From a virus, in IMG/VR virus record IMGVR_UViG_3300009481_000001, positions 1 to 46,745 of that record: DNA of 46,745 bases. The stretch is one strand, 5' to 3'. A program made the position numbers and the translations under genes. Of the stretch, positions 43,842 to 46,745 are shown piece by piece (the first letter of the stretch is position 1; each line of letters opens with the position of its first letter). Below the pieces are notes generated by a model that was not told the DNA's origin, ran no database searches, and saw only the letters and a list, made by a program, of their open reading frames with translations.

Positions 43842-44175
43842 TTCGAGCCTTCTCCGCGTAGGCTACGCACTCCTTCGCGTACTTGACCCACTTGCGGTCC
43901 ACGAGGACCCACTTCGACTCGGACGCTCGGATGCGCCAGACGACAGCATCGACCACGACCGCGATCACGATGTCGCTGATCTCCTCAGCGATAGGGGGAA
44001 GCTCGAAAATATTGTCGATGATACCACGGAGCGTCACGCGGAACGTGGCATTCGACATGCTCGGATGCTCGAGCGCGAGCTTGTGCCCTTCACGAAGGGC
44101 GATATCCCAGGTGGAGCGGAACTTCTTCGCGCGGACTCGGCTCTTAGTGCGGACTCTGGAACCACGACGGGTCAT
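43831..44175 (-). CDS. hypothetical protein with basic N-terminus (114 aa)
   Basis: ORF track. ATGA coupling. Confidence 0.6.
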   Translation of the reverse strand: MTRRGSRVRTKSRVRAKKFRSTWDIALREGHKLALEHPSMSNATFRVTLRGIIDNIFELPPIAEEISDIVIAVVVDAVVWRIRASESKWVLVDRKWVKYAKECVAYAEKARNGK

Positions 44176-44984
44176 TGCGGTACGCCCTTCCAGGCTTGTA
44201 GGCTCTTGAAGATGTGAACGAACTCAACATCACCCTGACACTCAGAGAACATTGATACATGAAGGGTTGAGTAATCGATCTTGTGGACCGTAGACCCAGG
44301 CGAGCGGGTCTGTAGCGTGCCATAGTCCTTCGTTGTGTCGAACTGTGTAGCCTTCGTACCGACCGCGAGTAGTTCGTTCGACGTTTCGTATCCGAACCGA
44401 GCACCCTCTAGTCCGATGACGATCTGAAGCAACCGAACGCCAGCCTGGATCACATCGGACCCGGTCTGTACATTGGCTAGCACGCGACCGAATCGGACCT
44501 TCTCGTTCGGTCCGATGTAGATTGCTCTAGTACAGAAGCCGTTACCTGAGTCGTCACCTACGTACAGGCCCCAGGCTTCATAGTTCGTAGCAGGGATCGC
44601 TCCGTCAGCAGCTACGGTGAACGCTAGCAGATCGTCCGCAGTCGGGGCACGACCTAGAAGGTCGGCGACGTACACCTTTGTCTCGACCGCGTCCGCGCTC
44701 CCGAAGAACTTGAGGCTGCCCGTTGTACTGGTCTGTGCGATACCCTTCGATCCGTCAGGGCCATGCAGACTGTTGAGCCCGTCTTGAATGACATGGTCGA
44801 TCTCACCACCGACGGAGCCAGAGTCAGCAGTGACAGCGTACGGGTCGCCAAGCTCGGTCCAGGCCGCTGGTCCCAGGCCATCGTACGCGAACGTACATAT
44901 GTCTTCCCACTGTGCAGCCTTCGATGCTGCGGCAGTAGGTTCGAAAGTGTCGTGACTTCCGTCCGTGTTCCAGCTAGTCGGCAT
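44172..44984 (-). CDS. hypothetical beta-rich protein (270 aa)
   Basis: ATG at 44984 overlaps the upstream stop by 11 nt. The ORF-track start at 45053 would overlap by 80 nt. Confidence 0.55.
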   Translation of the reverse strand: MPTSWNTDGSHDTFEPTAAASKAAQWEDICTFAYDGLGPAAWTELGDPYAVTADSGSVGGEIDHVIQDGLNSLHGPDGSKGIAQTSTTGSLKFFGSADAVETKVYVADLLGRAPTADDLLAFTVAADGAIPATNYEAWGLYVGDDSGNGFCTRAIYIGPNEKVRFGRVLANVQTGSDVIQAGVRLLQIVIGLEGARFGYETSNELLAVGTKATQFDTTKDYGTLQTRSPGSTVHKIDYSTLHVSMFSECQGDVEFVHIFKSLQAWKGVPQ

Positions 44985-45351
44985 CGATAAACAACTTCGC
45001 CGAGCCTGCGACTGCGGCGTCGCCAGTTCGCATGAAGAAGTAGATGCTTTCACCCTCCTTGACGGTCATCGGAATGGGGGTGCCGATCACGTTGCGCTCT
45101 GGAGCTGGGTCGGCAGCGGCGGCGAGAGCCGCCACTCGGTCGACCTCAGAGGCAGCACGGATAGCGTCAGTGAACGCGGCTGGAGCGATTCCTGAAGCGG
45201 CTACATGAACGCTGACGTCCACGGCTGCAACGTTGTTCAGGTGAACAAGCTGTCGCTTCAGGTTGTAGGGGCCGGGCTGCTCTACGTGCTCATGGAGGAA
45301 CGGAGTCGTCGTCCTGTAGTCGCCGGAGGGGATATCGATGTCGATCCGCAT
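44974..45351 (-). CDS. hypothetical protein (125 aa), first gene of a promoter-defined operon
   Basis: ORF track. GGAG SD 7 nt upstream of the ATG. Confidence 0.6.
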   Translation of the reverse strand: MRIDIDIPSGDYRTTTPFLHEHVEQPGPYNLKRQLVHLNNVAAVDVSVHVAASGIAPAAFTDAIRAASEVDRVAALAAAADPAPERNVIGTPIPMTVKEGESIYFFMRTGDAAVAGSAKLFIDAD

Positions 45352-45374
45352 CTACGCGCTCCAGTGGGGTGTTC

Positions 45375-45408
45375 GGGTCCGCCGCTGCGAGCAACCAGCG
45401 GCGGCGGA
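45375..45408 (-). promoter_or_regulatory. 13-bp perfect GC-rich hairpin (GGGTCCGCCGCTG / CAGCGGCGGACCC, 8-nt loop) in the predicted 5-prime UTR
   Basis: Read directly. It lies between the 45491 promoter and the ATG at 45351, with no U-tract. Confidence 0.6.
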
Positions 45409-45462
45409 CCCTGCACCCGATCACCGACCAGAGTGACCCGGGGCTCGCGCCCCACGTACCCC

Positions 45463-45491
45463 AGGGTAAACCCCTCGCGCGCGCGTGTCAA
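45463..45491 (-). promoter_or_regulatory. sigma70-like promoter TTGACA-N17-TACCCT
   Basis: The -35 is at 45491..45486 and the -10 at 45468..45463 on the reverse strand. It uses the same hexamers as the terS promoter and starts 23 nt after the stop of 45514..45789. Confidence 0.6.
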
Positions 45492-45513
45492 GCCCCTTCG
45501 TAAGCTAGCGTAA

Positions 45514-45789
45514 TCACTCGGCTTTCTGGCATTCCTTGTACCAGAGGAAGCGGGAGCCGCATTCTGCGACCAGAAGATGACTCTTTGTTTTGAGAGTCCA
45601 GGCTTCATGTTCGCCGCAAGGGCACTGAGCCATACCCCATCCCGTGACAGCTTCGATGTGACCACCGAGGTCTCTTGGCAGTCTGATTACGTCTGGAGCG
45701 GAATAGTCCATGGCGATCGCCATCCCCTCCACGTCTTTAGACGGGGCAACAGGGTCGCCTGCTTTCTTGATGAAGTATTCTATGGTCAT
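45514..45789 (-). CDS. hypothetical protein (91 aa)
   Basis: ATG at 45789 overlaps the upstream stop (ATGA). The ORF-track GTG at 45795 is the alternative start. Confidence 0.55.
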   Translation of the reverse strand: MTIEYFIKKAGDPVAPSKDVEGMAIAMDYSAPDVIRLPRDLGGHIEAVTGWGMAQCPCGEHEAWTLKTKSHLLVAECGSRFLWYKECQKAE

Positions 45790-46199
45790 CCACACTCTCC
45801 TGACCAGTAGCAGTCACAACACGTGATACACGTACCATTCCGTTGCGTGTTCCACGAGAAGCAGTTGGCACACTGCTCACCTGATGCGAGCGTCCCGAGC
45901 GAGATAACTGGCGCTGGTCGCTCCACGACCTTGCGTGTGTGCTTATTCTCCTGCTGTACCGAGACCACTGGCCGACCGTTGCAGAAGAAGGCTACCTCGA
46001 CCGTAGGGGTGAGCGCGTCACACTTCGTACATGCTCGTGTTCGGAACACATACGAAGCGTTCGGCATTTCACCGGCTACGATCTTGGCGAGCCTCGACGA
46101 CACGTCAGCATCGTGATCCCTTGTCTCCTTTACGTAGTGCAGGTGACCATCGCACTCGGGAATGGAGCAGGGAATGAAGGTCCTAGCCGACACAGTCAA
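45786..46199 (-). CDS. Cys-rich zinc-ribbon protein (137 aa)
   Basis: CSIPECDG...CTKCD and C-terminal CANC...CITCCDC. The TTG start overlaps the stop of the Gly-X ORF as TTGA. GTG at 46193 is an alternative start. Confidence 0.6.
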   Translation of the reverse strand: MTVSARTFIPCSIPECDGHLHYVKETRDHDADVSSRLAKIVAGEMPNASYVFRTRACTKCDALTPTVEVAFFCNGRPVVSVQQENKHTRKVVERPAPVISLGTLASGEQCANCFSWNTQRNGTCITCCDCYWSGECG

Positions 46200-46414
46200 A
46201 ATCCGTAGCCGGAGCCGTCGCCTGAGCCGTCGCCCGAGCCGTCGCCGAAGCCGAGGCCTGAGCCGTCGCCTGAGCCGGAGCCGTCGCCTGAGCCGAAGCC
46301 GAGGCCTGAGCCGTTGCCGGAGCCGGAGCCTGAGCCTGAGCCTGAGCCTGAGCCGAGGCCGTCGCCGGAGCCGAAGCCGGAGCCTGAGCCGTCGCCGGAG
46401 CCGTCGCCGATCAA
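46196..46414 (-). CDS. (Gly-X)n dipeptide-repeat protein (72 aa)
   Basis: ORF track. After MI, Gly occupies every second position for 70 residues, with X = S, D, N, L, F or Y. TTGA overlaps occur at both ends. Confidence 0.5.
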   Translation of the reverse strand: MIGDGSGDGSGSGFGSGDGLGSGSGSGSGSGSGNGSGLGFGSGDGSGSGDGSGLGFGDGSGDGSGDGSGYGF

Positions 46415-46437
46415 CGGAACGTATCCAGCGCGGAAGG
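46398..46437. repeat. 40-nt perfect direct repeat of 65..104
   Basis: Read directly. It covers the stop of the 93-aa gene or its remnant and the TTG start of the Gly-X ORF. Confidence 0.9.
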
Positions 46438-46548
46438 CAGGTTCCCGATGATCACGTAGCTGTCCATTACTATCTCTCCGTTGTTGTTAGGTTCTAGCCG
46501 AAACTCGGGAATGGAGCAGGGAATGAAGGTCCTAGCCGACACAGTCAA
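46411..46548 (-). CDS. chimeric 45-codon ORF (possibly a pseudogene or coupling leader)
   Basis: It joins the first 15 codons of the 137-aa gene ([15 protein letters not shown]), a translated copy of the 5-prime UTR of 78..359, and an internally deleted 18-codon remnant [18 protein letters not shown]. It remains in frame from TTG 46548 to TGA 46411. Confidence 0.35.
   Translation of the reverse strand: MTVSARTFIPCSIPEFRLEPNNNGEIVMDSYVIIGNLPSALDTFR
46446..46508. repeat. 63-nt perfect direct repeat of 338..400
   Basis: Read directly. It covers the first 7 codons and the 5-prime UTR of the 93-aa gene. Confidence 0.9.
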
Positions 46549-46550
46549 AA
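46503..46550. repeat. 48-nt perfect direct repeat of 46154..46201
   Basis: Read directly. It covers the start of the 137-aa gene and overlaps the 63-nt repeat by ACTCGG. Confidence 0.9.
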
Positions 46551-46745
46551 GCCGGAGCCTGAGCCGAAGCCGGAGCCTGAGCCTGAGCCGAAGCCGAGGC
46601 CTGAGCCGTTGCCGGAGCCGGAGCCTGAGCCTGAGCCGAGGCCGAGGCCGTCGCCGAAGCCGAAGCCGGAGCCGAAGCCGTCGCCGTAGCCGTTGCCTGA
46701 GCCTGAGCCGTTGCCGAAGCCGTCGCCTGAGCCTGAGCCTGAGCC
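46545..46745 (-). CDS. (Gly-X)n dipeptide-repeat ORF, C-terminal 66 codons (partial at window edge)
   Basis: The reverse strand reads [66 protein letters not shown]-stop. The stop overlaps TTG 46548 as TTGA. Confidence 0.45.
   Translation of the reverse strand, partial: GSGSGSGDGFGNGSGSGNGYGDGFGSGFGFGDGLGLGSGSGSGSGNGSGLGFGSGSGSGFGSGSGF

Noticed and set aside
46162-46497. 111-aa plus-strand Arg/Ser-rich ORF over the repeat, and an open Pro-X frame on the same strand
   Set aside because: All neighbouring genes are on the reverse strand. The reverse Gly-X frame is delimited at both ends by TTGA overlaps with flanking genes. The plus ORF also runs antisense through the remnant gene and its UTR. 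It is not formally excluded without expression data.

Overview
The window reads as one essentially complete, gene-dense tailed-phage genome of about 46.7 kb. A rightward structural arm spans 10410..31543. It encodes small and large terminase, portal, scaffold-like protein, HK97-like capsid, tail and fibre proteins, and three large putative internal-virion proteins including a 1754-aa giant. A long leftward arm runs 7338 -> 1 and, if the ends are joined, 46745 -> 31437. It encodes an SNF2 helicase, an NlpC/P60-type hydrolase, a DnaG-primase/MCM-like helicase fusion, a Cas4-like exonuclease, a VRR-NUC nuclease, a Dam methylase, a C39-like peptidase and many small unknown ORFs. The two arms diverge from a roughly 3-kb gene-poor region (7339..10409) packed with several repeat families, and they converge with overlapping 3-prime ends at 31437..31543. 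I saw no DNA polymerase, RNA polymerase, integrase, repressor, tRNA or CRISPR array. The most unusual locus spans the window ends. It holds two paralogous (Gly-X)n dipeptide-repeat ORFs inside a degenerate tandem duplication whose junction sits on a 6-nt microhomology, with successive ORFs chained by TTGA stop/start overlaps. The two window ends are identical 21-mers that join in frame. Other notable points are listed here.
- A promoter family TTGACA-N17-TACNNT, one member of which implies a leaderless small-terminase mRNA.
- A self-contained four-to-five-gene operon of unknown function at 45491 -> 42782.
- A duplicated gene junction flanking an inserted gene at 2298..2812.
- High-GC islands that give the genome a mosaic composition.
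All functional calls rest on motif recognition by eye and on gene context. No database search was possible.
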